Shown here piece by piece: positions 1-9,267 of a DNA stretch of 64,000 bases. Made by a program: the position numbers and the translations under genes. The notes under the pieces were generated by a model. It saw only the letters and a list, made by a program, of their open reading frames with translations, did no database searches and had not been told where the DNA came from. The DNA comes from an uncultured Armatimonadetes bacterium (GTDB lineage: Bacteria > Armatimonadota > UBA5829 > DTJY01). The DNA lies in assembly GCA_963717145.1 (NCBI GenBank), contig OY970325.1, forward strand, positions 3,040,001 to 3,104,000. Reading direction: 5' to 3'. How positions within the stretch are numbered: the stretch's first letter is position 1; each line of letters begins with the position of its first letter.

Positions 1-1330
1 CTATCCGGTAACGCGCGCCGGGAGTCAACCCGCTGATGTCCCAGTCGTAGCTCCCAGAGGCGGCATCAACCGCACCGGGGATATCAGTCCATGAGACGCC
101 GCTATCGGCCGAATACGCGAACCGCACCGTGTCTCCCGCCTGCCATCCGGTTCCCACAGATACCCACTCAATGCGGACCGACATCTGGTCCGGGAAGGTC
201 TCCCCGCCGATTGGGGCGCGCAGCCAGAGACGCCGACCCGGAGGAGTCGGTGATGACTGCTCCGTGCCGCCATAAGCACCCATGTCGATCCGGCTTCCGT
301 CCGGATCCAGCATGGTGGGATCGCCGGTGTCGATGCAGGGGCTCGCCGGCGATAGATGGAAATCACCGCTCCCTGCATCCGTAAACTGAGGATCGAGGCT
401 CAGGCTGTTTGCATCGAGGTTCGAGGCCAGACGCCAACTGCTCAACGTCAGGTAGTCTACACCGTCGAGTTGGCCGACCCTCGCTCCGTTGGTTGCATGG
501 AAGTCATTGAAATCGCTGACGGTGATCGAACACCAACTGAGGACAAACCCATAGCTGTTTGGTCCGTCGGCACAGATGATGTTGTTCAGCAGAACCACAG
601 TTTCTCCATACAGGTTCAGCCCGATCCTTCCCTGCCCTGAAATCGTGCAGTTGCGAATGGTTGCGCTGGAACCATAATCAGCCGTAATCCCGCTCCCACC
701 TTCCTCGGACACAGCCACACAGTCTTCCAGCAGGGTATTCGCCACATAGTACCCGGCGTAGATACCCACGTTTGTGTTGCCGGACGCCTCGCACCGGCTC
801 ACGGTGCACTGAGAACCATGGACCATGACGCCATAGTCAGCGCCGGTTACCTTCATCCATCGCTGCTCGACGCCCGGATACTTATCGCTCGCAGCGGTGG
901 TCAGAGTGATGTACCAGCCCCCGAGTTTCCAGGCCATCCCGTCCGGATCGGTGCTGCCCCGATCGAATGTCACTCCATAGGGGGACGCTTCGAATGTGAC
1001 CGGCGCATCAGCCGACCCGCTATCGTCAGCCGCTACGACAGTGTCGCCGGATAGTGCGTATACACCCGTATCCATGTGAACGATGTCGCCCGGCTCGAGA
1101 TCATACTCATCGAGAATCGACTGAACGCTCGCCTTGGGGTGATCCGGATCCGCTCCCGTGCTCGAATCGTCGCCAGGCGCAGTACACCAGTTGTCGTTGG
1201 TGGTGGAGGCGTCGTTGACGTACAGATCCCTGTGACTGGATGTACCCGGAGAAGCCGATGATCGCGCGGGAAACTGCATCACGATGCACACGGCCAGAAG
1301 AATCAAGAAGGCAAGTCTCGAACGTCTCAT
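1..1330 (-). CDS. Secreted right-handed beta-helix (pectin-lyase-like) protein, runs off the left edge
   Basis: Absent from the ORF track. Manual translation from ATG 1330 with GGAGG RBS: MRRSRLAFLILLAVCIVMQFPA signal peptide, LYVNDAS...PGDIVHMDTGVY, DPQFTDAGSGDFHLSPASPCIDTG...RIDMGAYGG; open to position 1. Confidence 0.8.
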   Translation of the reverse strand, partial: MRRSRLAFLILLAVCIVMQFPARSSASPGTSSHRDLYVNDASTTNDNWCTAPGDDSSTGADPDHPKASVQSILDEYDLEPGDIVHMDTGVYALSGDTVVAADDSGSADAPVTFEASPYGVTFDRGSTDPDGMAWKLGGWYITLTTAASDKYPGVEQRWMKVTGADYGVMVHGSQCTVSRCEASGNTNVGIYAGYYVANTLLEDCVAVSEEGGSGITADYGSSATIRNCTISGQGRIGLNLYGETVVLLNNIICADGPNSYGFVLSWCSITVSDFNDFHATNGARVGQLDGVDYLTLSSWRLASNLDANSLSLDPQFTDAGSGDFHLSPASPCIDTGDPTMLDPDGSRIDMGAYGGTEQSSPTPPGRRLWLRAPIGGETFPDQMSVRIEWVSVGTGWQAGDTVRFAYSADSGVSWTDIPGAVDAASGSYDWDISGLTPGARYRI

Positions 1331-1432
1331 TCCTGAAGACCTCCCAAGAACTGCTTGTAACAGAGATCAAAGGGTTCTTCACCGGCGTGCGAGGTTGCGA
1401 GATGCGCCGGGGTCCCGATGAGCGGCACACGT

Positions 1433-1462
1433 ATGTTAACGCCGTAATGTCCGGGCTGTCAA
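1433..1462 (-). promoter_or_regulatory. Sigma-70-type promoter for the beta-helix gene
   Basis: TTGACA-N18-TAACAT on the minus strand. Confidence 0.5.
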
Positions 1463-1560
1463 CGCCCTGACGAAAAACTGGTAAAAATACCGGGGATGGC
1501 TCGTAGTCCGCAGAGCAGGTGAGCGCACTCCAGCCTGTCCTGGGTTTGAGGAGAAATGCA

Positions 1561-1634
1561 TGGCGCCCCGACAGGACTCGAACCTGTGCTTCGGGCTCCG
1601 GAGGCCCGCACTCTATCCGCTGAGCTACGGGGGC
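1561..1634 (-). tRNA. tRNA-Arg(CCG)
   Basis: GCCCCCGTAGCTCAGCGGATAGAGTG, anticodon arm CGGGC-CTCCGGA-GCCCG, T arm ACAGG-TTCGAGT-CCTGT, encoded CCA. Confidence 0.95.
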
Positions 1635-1676
1635 GCGTGTTTGTATGCAGTATCTTACCAAATCCGGGCCGAGGTG

Positions 1677-1877
1677 TCAATCTGAGGCGCTATTGGGACG
1701 GAGCGACTTCAGGCGGCGCTCGAACTCATCGCGGGCGAGCATGACTCGGCGGGCGCACTTGAGGCACTTCATGCCGATGTCCGCGCCGATGCGGGTGACC
1801 TCCCACTCCAGGCTCCCGCACGGATGGGGCTTTCTCATGGTGGCGATATCACCGACTTTGACGGCAATTGGACTCAT
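1677..1877 (-). CDS. DUF951 family small zinc-binding protein
   Basis: VGDIATMRKPHPCGSLEWEVTRIGADIGMKCLKC signature. Confidence 0.85.
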   Translation of the reverse strand: MSPIAVKVGDIATMRKPHPCGSLEWEVTRIGADIGMKCLKCARRVMLARDEFERRLKSLRPNSASD

Positions 1878-2839
1878 GATTCGCTCCGCAGATGCTGCAC
1901 CAGGGCCTGCATGTCGTCCGGCATGGGGGACGTGAACTCCATGCGCTCGCCGGTACGCGGGTGATCGAAGCTGAGCCGGAATGCGTGAAGCGCCTGACCG
2001 CGCAGGTTGCCGATAAGACGATTGACCTCCTGCACGAACTCCCTGCCCCCGGACTCGAGCCGACGGTGGCCGGAATAGACCGGGTCGCCGACGACCGGGT
2101 GATGGGCATATGCCGAGTGGACGCGGACCTGGTGCGTGCGCCCGGTCTGGAGCTTGGCCTCGATGAGAGTTATCGGCCCTAAGCGCTCCTTGACGTGCAA
2201 CTCGGTCACGGCGGACCTCGATCTGTGAGCGGACGATTCGATCACCGCCATCTTCTTCCGGTCAGCGGGATGCCGACCGATCGGCGCGTCCACGACGGCG
2301 TCCGTCCACTTCGGATTACCCCACACGAGCGCCAGATACCTTCGCTCGGCGCTGCGGGCCTGAATCTGTTTCTGGAGACTCTGATAGGCGGCATCGTTCT
2401 TGGCGACTACCATCACGCCGGATGTGTCCTTGTCGAGCCGGTGGACGATGCCGGGCCGCTCGACCCCGCCGACCGATGCCAGTCCCTTGCAGTGTGCGAG
2501 GAGCGCATTCACGAGCGTGCCATCCCGAGAGCCGGGGGCCGGGTGGACGACCATCCCTTTCGGTTTGTCGATCACGATGAGATCGTCGTCCTCATAGATG
2601 ATGTCGAGCGGGATCTCCTCCGGCTGAGCGTGGGCCGGTTTCGGGGCCGGCACCGAGTACGCGATCACGTCCCCTGCCCTGACCTTGTACGACGGCTTCT
2701 CTGATGATCCGCTGACCGTGACGCATCCGTCCTCGATCAGCTTGGCGAACATCGAGCGCGTGATCTCGGGCGTGTTGCCGGCAAGGTAGGCATCCAATCG
2801 GCGGCCGGACTGATCCTCGGTGACAATCAATTCGGGCAT
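1874..2839 (-). CDS. rluD: RluA-family 23S rRNA pseudouridine synthase (RluD type)
   Basis: N-terminal S4 domain, KPKGMVVHP, HRLDKDTSG, TGRTHQVR motifs. Confidence 0.92.
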   Translation of the reverse strand: MPELIVTEDQSGRRLDAYLAGNTPEITRSMFAKLIEDGCVTVSGSSEKPSYKVRAGDVIAYSVPAPKPAHAQPEEIPLDIIYEDDDLIVIDKPKGMVVHPAPGSRDGTLVNALLAHCKGLASVGGVERPGIVHRLDKDTSGVMVVAKNDAAYQSLQKQIQARSAERRYLALVWGNPKWTDAVVDAPIGRHPADRKKMAVIESSAHRSRSAVTELHVKERLGPITLIEAKLQTGRTHQVRVHSAYAHHPVVGDPVYSGHRRLESGGREFVQEVNRLIGNLRGQALHAFRLSFDHPRTGERMEFTSPMPDDMQALVQHLRSES

Positions 2840-2845
2840 CGGTGT

Positions 2846-3685
2846 TCAGCTCCCGTGGACCTTTCGAATTTCGGATTTCGGATTTGGGATTCCGGACATC
2901 AGGGACTCGCTCCTGCGAGAACGGACCCACAGGAAGGCAGACGCACCTACGATCATCAGGATGGAGACCACCTGCGCCTCAGTGAGTCCGGCAAAGGCGA
3001 CGTCGGCGGTGATGCCCTTTCGTGGAAACTCGACCAGGAACCGATAGATGCCGTACAGGGCGACGTAGCTGAAGAAGACCTGCCCGCCGAATCTGCGATG
3101 CCTCTCGATCCACACTAGGATGCCGAAGATCGCGAAACTGGCGAGCATCGCGTATACCTGCGTCGGGTGGCTCGGCTGCGTCAACTGGCCGCCATCGGAC
3201 ATGAATCTCACCGCCCAGGGGAGATCCGTCGGGCAGCCGTAACAGCATCCGTTGAGGAAGCATCCGATCCGCGCGATCCCGTATCCGAGCGCGAGTCCCG
3301 GCGAGAAGAGGTCGATCACATTGAGAAACAACAAGCCCTTCCGTCGCGCATAGATGTACGCCGCCAGCATCCCACCGGCGAACCCGCCGTGGAACGACAG
3401 CCCGCGGAGTCCGCCCTCCGCGGAGAACATGCCGCTCCAGAGCCCGCCGATCTCAGACGGGTTGCGAAGGTAGTACGGCAGATCGAGGGCAATCGAGGTC
3501 AGATGCGCGAACACGATCCCGAGGAGCAGTGCGTAGATCGAGATATCCACCACCTGATCGGAGGTCAGGCCACTGCGCTTCGACGCCCTGAGCGTGCGTA
3601 GGAGTCCCGCGAGAAGGGCGAACCACAGCATCAGGCCGTAGGCCCTGATTGGAATCGGACCGATCTTGAAGAGAACTGAATGCAA
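2846..3685 (-). CDS. lgt: Prolipoprotein diacylglyceryl transferase
   Basis: GLSFHGG, RIGCFLNGCCYG, HPTQVY, YGIYRFLVEFPR. Confidence 0.95.
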   Translation of the reverse strand: MHSVLFKIGPIPIRAYGLMLWFALLAGLLRTLRASKRSGLTSDQVVDISIYALLLGIVFAHLTSIALDLPYYLRNPSEIGGLWSGMFSAEGGLRGLSFHGGFAGGMLAAYIYARRKGLLFLNVIDLFSPGLALGYGIARIGCFLNGCCYGCPTDLPWAVRFMSDGGQLTQPSHPTQVYAMLASFAIFGILVWIERHRRFGGQVFFSYVALYGIYRFLVEFPRKGITADVAFAGLTEAQVVSILMIVGASAFLWVRSRRSESLMSGIPNPKSEIRKVHGS

Positions 3686-3688
3686 TGC

Positions 3689-4186
3689 CTACCTCTTTGC
3701 GGGCTCGGAATCGGCCAGGGGAGCATCCCCGATCTGATCTGGAGCGGTCCTGCCACAAAGGACGAGATACGACGCGAGGAGCAGGATGCCGATCGTGATC
3801 GACATATCGGCAAAGTTGAAGATCGGCCACACCTGCAGGTTGATGAAGTCCACAACGTGCCCGTAGCGCAGCCGATCGATCAGATTCCCCAGAGCGCCGC
3901 CGAGTTGGAGCGCCAGTGAGATACCGATCAGCGGGCTGAGCGGCACACCTCGTCGGCTGATGATCACTATTCCGGCGACGACGACGAGCGAGATGATAGT
4001 GAGGGGGATCGCCCCCGACTGGAAGAGGCCGAATGCGCCACCGGGGTTGCGCACCAGCGTGATCTCGACTGGACCGAACAGAGGCACTGAACCTCCGTAG
4101 GGCACGCGGGAAACCACGAACAGCTTGGCAATCTGATCGACTGCGGCCAGGGCCAGTGCAATTGTGTAAATGTGTACTGCTCTCAA
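3689..4186 (-). CDS. lspA: Lipoprotein signal peptidase II
   Basis: DQIAK, NPGGAFG, GGALGNLIDR, VVDF, FNFAD; TTG start at 4186 overlapping the upstream TGA is preferred over the ORF-track start. Confidence 0.93.
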   Translation of the reverse strand: MRAVHIYTIALALAAVDQIAKLFVVSRVPYGGSVPLFGPVEITLVRNPGGAFGLFQSGAIPLTIISLVVVAGIVIISRRGVPLSPLIGISLALQLGGALGNLIDRLRYGHVVDFINLQVWPIFNFADMSITIGILLLASYLVLCGRTAPDQIGDAPLADSEPAKR

Positions 4187-4551
4187 GTTCCCTCGATTAC
4201 GTCCTGGCACTCGACGCAGTAGATCGCCCACGGACGGGCATCCAGTCGTCCGATGGGGATCTCCCGCCCGCACCGGTCACACTGACCATACGTGTTCCGC
4301 TCGATCTTACCGAGTGCCTCATCGATCTTCCCGATCTCATTGCGCCAATTGTCCCGGATGGCCATGTCCTTCTCTTTCTCGAAGGTATCCGTGCCGGAGT
4401 CGCCGGGATGGTTGTCATAGTCCGCCAGTTCGCTCTGGGCCTCTGAGTCGTCAAAGCTTATCTGATGCTCGATGACCTCCATCTCGTCATGGATTCGCAA
4501 GCGTTCTTTCTCGAGAATACCCCTGTATTTATCTACGTTCAGATTCCGCAT
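4183..4551 (-). CDS. TraR/DksA C4 zinc-finger protein (YteA/YocK-like)
   Basis: DNHPGDSGTDTFEKE coiled-coil tip; YGQCDRC...EIPIGRL...YCVEC. Confidence 0.9.
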   Translation of the reverse strand: MRNLNVDKYRGILEKERLRIHDEMEVIEHQISFDDSEAQSELADYDNHPGDSGTDTFEKEKDMAIRDNWRNEIGKIDEALGKIERNTYGQCDRCGREIPIGRLDARPWAIYCVECQDVIEGT

Positions 4552-4710
4552 ATGATTCCTCCAAAGTTCGTGCGTAAGAGTTCACGATCGTTGCTAGTTC
4601 AACCCACGGGCTGTCAAGGATCGTCAACTCTTACGTTCGCGTCAGTTCGACCGCCGGGTGTAGCACCTATATACCGCTTCTTGATCTGAGGGAAACCAAC
4701 CAGTACGAGT

Positions 4711-5565
4711 TCACAGGTCGATTTGCGACACGAAGTCGGCGAGGGCATCCTCCCACGATCGAAGATCGTTTCGCCCCTGAAGCTCGAGGGCGTAGTTCCG
4801 AAGGACCGAGCATTTCGGTCTCCGAGTGGGACTCGGCCACTCTTCTGCCTTGATCGGCTTCACCTCAACGTTGTTGATACCCGCAAGAGACAGGGTCTTC
4901 CTGGCAAACTCATACCAGGAGCACGATCCCTGATTCGTGACGTGATAAGTCCCATAGAGCGGACTGCCGACGAGATCACGCACGGTCTGCGCCAGGTCTG
5001 CGGTGAATGTGGGCGAACCGATCTGATCGGCGACGACGGTGATCTCCTTGCGGGTCTTCGCCAAGTCGATCATGGTGCGCGGAAAGCACTTCCCGTGGAT
5101 GCCGTAGAGCCAGGCCGTGCGGACGATCAGATGCTTCGGGCACAACGTTCTGACGTGCGTCTCGCCCGCAAGCTTCGATGCTCCGTAGTGGCCGAGCGGG
5201 TTCACGGCGTCGTACTCCGTGTACGGCTCACCCTTCTCGCCGTCGAACACGAAATCGGTGCTGATATAGACGAGCGTCGCATCGACTCGGGCGCAGGCAG
5301 CGGCGACATTCCACGTGCCGAAGCCGTTGACCCGGAAGGCGCTGTCGGGGTCGCGTTCGCAGCCGTCGACATCGGTATAGGCGGCGGCGTGGATCACGGC
5401 ATCGGGCTTCCCCTCGGCGATGGTCGAGATCACCTGATCCGTGTCCGTTACGTCGAGGAGACGGAGATCGCCGGCCACGTCGGTCGGCGTCAAGTCTTGG
5501 CCGCTGAGCGCCTCTCGAAGGTCCGTGCCGAGCATTCCGGCCGCACCGGTGATGAGTATTCGCAT
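4711..5565 (-). CDS. rfbD: dTDP-4-dehydrorhamnose reductase
   Basis: GAAGMLG, AAYTDVD, ISTDFVFDG, YGASKLAGE, DQIGSPT. Confidence 0.95.
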   Translation of the reverse strand: MRILITGAAGMLGTDLREALSGQDLTPTDVAGDLRLLDVTDTDQVISTIAEGKPDAVIHAAAYTDVDGCERDPDSAFRVNGFGTWNVAAACARVDATLVYISTDFVFDGEKGEPYTEYDAVNPLGHYGASKLAGETHVRTLCPKHLIVRTAWLYGIHGKCFPRTMIDLAKTRKEITVVADQIGSPTFTADLAQTVRDLVGSPLYGTYHVTNQGSCSWYEFARKTLSLAGINNVEVKPIKAEEWPSPTRRPKCSVLRNYALELQGRNDLRSWEDALADFVSQIDL

Positions 5566-5568
5566 GGC

Positions 5569-6397
5569 CTAGAACCCGAAGACCGGCGTCTGCCCGGCAT
5601 CGCCGCGAATCGTGAAAGTCTTCTTCGAGCCCGAACTTGTCGCACACCTTGCCAAGCTCCGAGTCCGCCTCGTTGAACTTCTTGTCGAGAGTCCCTGCAT
5701 CGGCTTTGACGCTATTCAGGGCGGCGATGTCGTTCTTGCCGATCGCATCCTGGAACTTGCCCATGAAACCGATGAAGGTGCTGAGCGTATCGTAGTACTT
5801 CGCGGCCAATGCTCCGCAATCCGCCGGCGCCTTGACCTGGAGGAAGTATGCGGACACCTGCTGCCAGTCACGGGTGAAGTCCATCGACTTCTTGGCCAAG
5901 TCCTCCGTCGGCTTCTTCGGTTCGTCCTCATCCCAGTCGAAGGGCAGCGCCTTCATGATCGATTCCGACGCGCCCGCCATGACGGTCTGCAGTTCCTTGG
6001 AATAGACTTGCTGGCGGTATTCCTCGACCTTCTTCAGATGCGCGAGGTAGGCGATGACTTCCGGCGGGACTTCCTTCTTCTCGGGCACCTTGGCATCCGT
6101 CTTCGGCGCTTGAAGGACTCCCGGCTGTTGGCCTGCGGGCATGGAGGGTCCGCTCAGGACACCGGGTTGCTTCGGAGCGGCCGTCGGTCCCTGATCGGCG
6201 ACCCTCTGGCCCTTGAGATAGAAGCCTAGAGCCGCCAAGAGGCACAGAGCCACGATCGCAGCGATCAGGCCGGTCTTCTTCCTGCTGCCGGACGCCGGCA
6301 TACCGGTGACGGATCGCTCGCCTGATGCCGATGCGCCGCAACCGGAGCAATATCGTGATTCGGGCGGGATTTCGGTTCCGCACTTATTACACTTCAT
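5569..6397 (-). CDS. Zinc-ribbon, single-TM membrane protein; apparent frameshift near 5625
   Basis: MKCNKCG...RYCSGCG, TM helix, Pro-rich linker; shifted frame ends KKTFTIRGDAGQTPVFGF* at 5569, just before rfbD. Confidence 0.7.
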
Positions 6398-6440
6398 GCG
6401 AAGGCCTCCCTGGAGATCGGATGATGAGACGACGTTGTCT

Positions 6441-6509
6441 GTAGGGGCGAAGCATTGGCTGCCGAAGCCGTAATGATCTCCGTGTCGGGAGCCAATGCTT
6501 CGCCCCTAC
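6441..6509. repeat. GTAG-type REP doublet
   Basis: GTAGGGGCGAAGCATTGGCT and its reverse complement, 20-bp arms. Confidence 0.8.
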
Positions 6510-6561
6510 CGTCTTGAATCGGTTCGAGTATATCATTGGCGTGGGGGCAAGTCAAACGCAG

Positions 6562-6594
6562 AAAGGCCCGCGCCTTGGGTGAGGCACGGGCCTT
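6562..6594 (-). terminator. Probable intrinsic terminator after the REC-PilZ gene
   Basis: AAGGCCCGTGCC/GGCGCGGGCCTT hairpin with a short U run on the minus strand. Confidence 0.5.
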
Positions 6595-6620
6595 GATGAA
6601 GGAGATATATCGGAGAGAGA

Positions 6621-7673
6621 TCAGCTCAATGATCCCAACTCCACCGCTCGGGCAAGAGTATGGCGCTGCTCGTCGTCCACTTTGGTGAACTGCACGCCGT
6701 ACTCCCAATTCTGATGTCCGTTGCTCGGCAGCTTGATCGCGCGGGTGATCTTGCCGGTTCCAGAGAACTCATCGAGTCCCGCGATGCTGGACGCCTGGAT
6801 CTTCACCATCGAGCCTGTCTGGAACTGCTCCTCTGTGATGATCTTGAGCCCGCCGGCGCCGATGTCCTGAGTGAACACTCGGAATGCCGGCCCTATGCTC
6901 GGTACGTCGGAGTGCCCATTCTTCTCGACAAGAGCCATATCGACCGCGATGCGGGCGGGCATTCGCGCATGCTTCCTGCGCTGAACACGATAGATCACGG
7001 CTGGCTTGCCGACGACTATCATCGGCAGGTACGAGTCCCGGATCGCCAGGATGGAAGTCTCGAAGCTGTAGAATGCATCGTCGCCGGCGAATCCGATCGA
7101 CAGCGCCGACCCCGGCTTGAGGGGCACAGGGCCCGATCCGTTCGATGGGCACGCAACCGTGAGCGTGAGGTCGTCCTTCTCCTCGATCCGGCTGTGGTAC
7201 TGGCCGACACCGTCTCCGTCGTGGATCTCCACGAGCAGCGGCTGGCTATAGTTGAACAACACGGTCCGTACTGACTCGGACCAGTTGAGTGATTTTTGCC
7301 CGATCCCATCATCGAGAGTGGCCTTGACCAGGGCAACGAGGCTGTCCAGGTCGAACGGCTTGTTGACACATGCCGTGGCGCCCATTGAGAGGGCGCCGGC
7401 CATCGTGTCGTGGCTTTCATAGGCCGTCATGATGATGATGGGGATGTCTTTTCTGTCCTGACGAATACTCTGGAGGGCACTGATGCCATCCATGATCGGC
7501 ATTCTGACGTCCATAATGACCATGTCGAAGTCGTTCCGACGGGTCTCTTCCACCGCCTCGGCCCCGTCATGCACGGTACGGACTTCATAGCCGGCTTTCC
7601 GCAACTCTGCATCGAGGACGCGACACAGGTTCATTTCGTCATCCGCGACGAGTATGCTCCGTTTGTTGATCAT
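6621..7673 (-). CDS. Response regulator REC fused to YcgR-N and PilZ (flagellar-brake-like) domains
   Basis: REC: VADDE, IMDVRMP, MTAY, KPF; PilZ: QRRKHAR (RxxxR) and DIGAGG. Confidence 0.85.
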   Translation of the reverse strand: MINKRSILVADDEMNLCRVLDAELRKAGYEVRTVHDGAEAVEETRRNDFDMVIMDVRMPIMDGISALQSIRQDRKDIPIIIMTAYESHDTMAGALSMGATACVNKPFDLDSLVALVKATLDDGIGQKSLNWSESVRTVLFNYSQPLLVEIHDGDGVGQYHSRIEEKDDLTLTVACPSNGSGPVPLKPGSALSIGFAGDDAFYSFETSILAIRDSYLPMIVVGKPAVIYRVQRRKHARMPARIAVDMALVEKNGHSDVPSIGPAFRVFTQDIGAGGLKIITEEQFQTGSMVKIQASSIAGLDEFSGTGKITRAIKLPSNGHQNWEYGVQFTKVDDEQRHTLARAVELGSLS

Positions 7674-7797
7674 TTCCCCATGCCTCCAACAGCAAACAAG
7701 GCTGACTGAGCCCGATGACCAGTCAGAAATACTATTATCTGCTCGTGAGTAGCGCTTCCCCGAGCCATTTTCATGCGATGCTGTCAGGAGTACTTAT

Positions 7798-7813
7798 TGC
7801 ACAAACCGTGCCA
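7798..7813 (-). promoter_or_regulatory. Sigma-54 (-24/-12) promoter of the REC-PilZ gene
   Basis: TGGCACGGTTTGTGCA on the minus strand, GG-N10-GC. Confidence 0.7.
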
Positions 7814-7903
7814 TTGAAGGTACATGGGGCAAAGTCGGCGGAATATTTTTTTGAGGGACTGCGGTTGGTGGCTGTAACGCGATGCGAAACGACCGCAGAA
7901 ACC

Positions 7904-7975
7904 GTAGGGGCGAAGCATTTGCCCACCGGATATGATGGAGCTTCCTTTCGATGCGCAAATGCTTCGCCCACCTAC
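7904..7975. repeat. GTAG-type REP doublet overlapping the stop codon of the sigma-54 activator
   Basis: GTAGGGGCGAAGCATTTGC ... GCAAATGCTTCGCCCACCTAC. Confidence 0.75.
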
Positions 7976-9174
7976 ACCTGCTCGGTGGCGGCCTGGATCG
8001 CAAACGGCAGGAGGTCCGGGGTTATCAGATCGGATGTCGGGTCGGCAAGCACCACGCACCGCTCGATCGCATTCTCCAACTCGCGGATGTTGCCCGGCCA
8101 GTCGTACTTCATCACCAGTTCCAGCGCCTCGGGACTGAGGAACTTGACCTCCTTGGCGTTCTCCTTGTTGAACTTCTGGATGAAGTGCTCGGCGAGCGGC
8201 GGTATGTCTTCCCTGCGCTCCCGAAGAGACGGCAGGAAGACCTGGATGACCTGCAGACGATAGTACAGATCGGCGCGGAAGACGCCATCCGCGACCAGTT
8301 GCTCCAAATCGCGGTTAGTGGCCGCGATCAGGCGGACATCGACCTTGACGGTCTTGGTGCCGCCGACGCGTTCGAACTCCCGCTCCTGAAGGGCTCGGAG
8401 GAGCTTGACCTGGACGGCGGGCGAGACCTCGGGAATCTCATCGAGGAACAGAGTCCCCTGATGGGCAAGCTCGAACCGGCCGATCTTCTGGCCGGTCGCG
8501 CCTGTGAATGAGCCCTTCTCGTGGCCGAACAGCTCGCTTTCGAGGAGCGTCTCGGGCAGCGCGGCGCATGAAACAGCGACGAACTGCTTCTGAGCGCGCG
8601 GGCTGTTATAATGGATCGCGCGCGCGACGAGTTCCTTGCCCGTGCCGCTCTCGCCGCGGATGAGCACCGTGGCGTTGCTTCCGGCCACGCGCTCGATGAT
8701 CTTGTAGACTTCCTGCATCTTCCCGCTCTGGCCGACGATGTTATCGAACTTGTAGCGACCCTTCAGTTCCTGCTTGAGTTCGACGTTCTCGCCCATCAGG
8801 CGGCTTCGTTCGAGAGCATTCTTGACGACGAGCTTGATCTCATCCATATCGAACGGCTTGGTGATATAGTCGAACGCGCCAAGCTTCATGGCGTCCACGG
8901 CGGTCTTGATCGTGCCGTGGGCCGTGATCATGACGACGGACAGCCCGGGGTTCAATTCTCTCACGGCCTTCAGGACTTCCACACCGTTCATGTCGGGCAT
9001 GATGAGATCGCATATGACGACGTTCAGGTTGGGATCGGTCGCAACGACATCGAGGGCCTTCCGGCCATTGTCGGCCGTTCGGACCTGATAGCCGTCCTTG
9101 GTGAACACGGCCTCGAGTACGCGCCTGATATTCGGCTCATCGTCAACTATGAGAAGAGACTTCTGCTCGTCCAT
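7972..9174 (-). CDS. Sigma-54-dependent response regulator (NtrC/AtoC family)
   Basis: REC plus AAA+: [39 protein letters not shown]; no obvious C-terminal HTH. Confidence 0.93.
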   Translation of the reverse strand: MDEQKSLLIVDDEPNIRRVLEAVFTKDGYQVRTADNGRKALDVVATDPNLNVVICDLIMPDMNGVEVLKAVRELNPGLSVVMITAHGTIKTAVDAMKLGAFDYITKPFDMDEIKLVVKNALERSRLMGENVELKQELKGRYKFDNIVGQSGKMQEVYKIIERVAGSNATVLIRGESGTGKELVARAIHYNSPRAQKQFVAVSCAALPETLLESELFGHEKGSFTGATGQKIGRFELAHQGTLFLDEIPEVSPAVQVKLLRALQEREFERVGGTKTVKVDVRLIAATNRDLEQLVADGVFRADLYYRLQVIQVFLPSLRERREDIPPLAEHFIQKFNKENAKEVKFLSPEALELVMKYDWPGNIRELENAIERCVVLADPTSDLITPDLLPFAIQAATEQV

Positions 9175-9202
9175 ATTCTGCCTTTCTGGAATCGTCGGTA
9201 AC

Positions 9203-9265
9203 CCGTAGGGGAGGCCTTCAACGGCCTCCCGAACACGGGCGGGCGTAGAAGCACCGCCCCTACGG
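9203..9265. repeat. GTAG-type REP-like element
   Basis: CCGTAGGGG...CCCCTACGG termini with internal hairpins. Confidence 0.65.
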
Positions 9266-9267
9266 CA

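Noticed and set aside
1561-1634. Aberrant tRNA acceptor stem (5 C versus 4 G), or an island integrated at the tRNA
   Set aside because: Best explained by a homopolymer miscall; no integrase or duplicated tRNA 3' end is visible
5228-5568. C-terminal extension of the zinc-ribbon ORF into rfbD
   Set aside because: Caused by the indel near 5625; the extension is off-frame rfbD sequence
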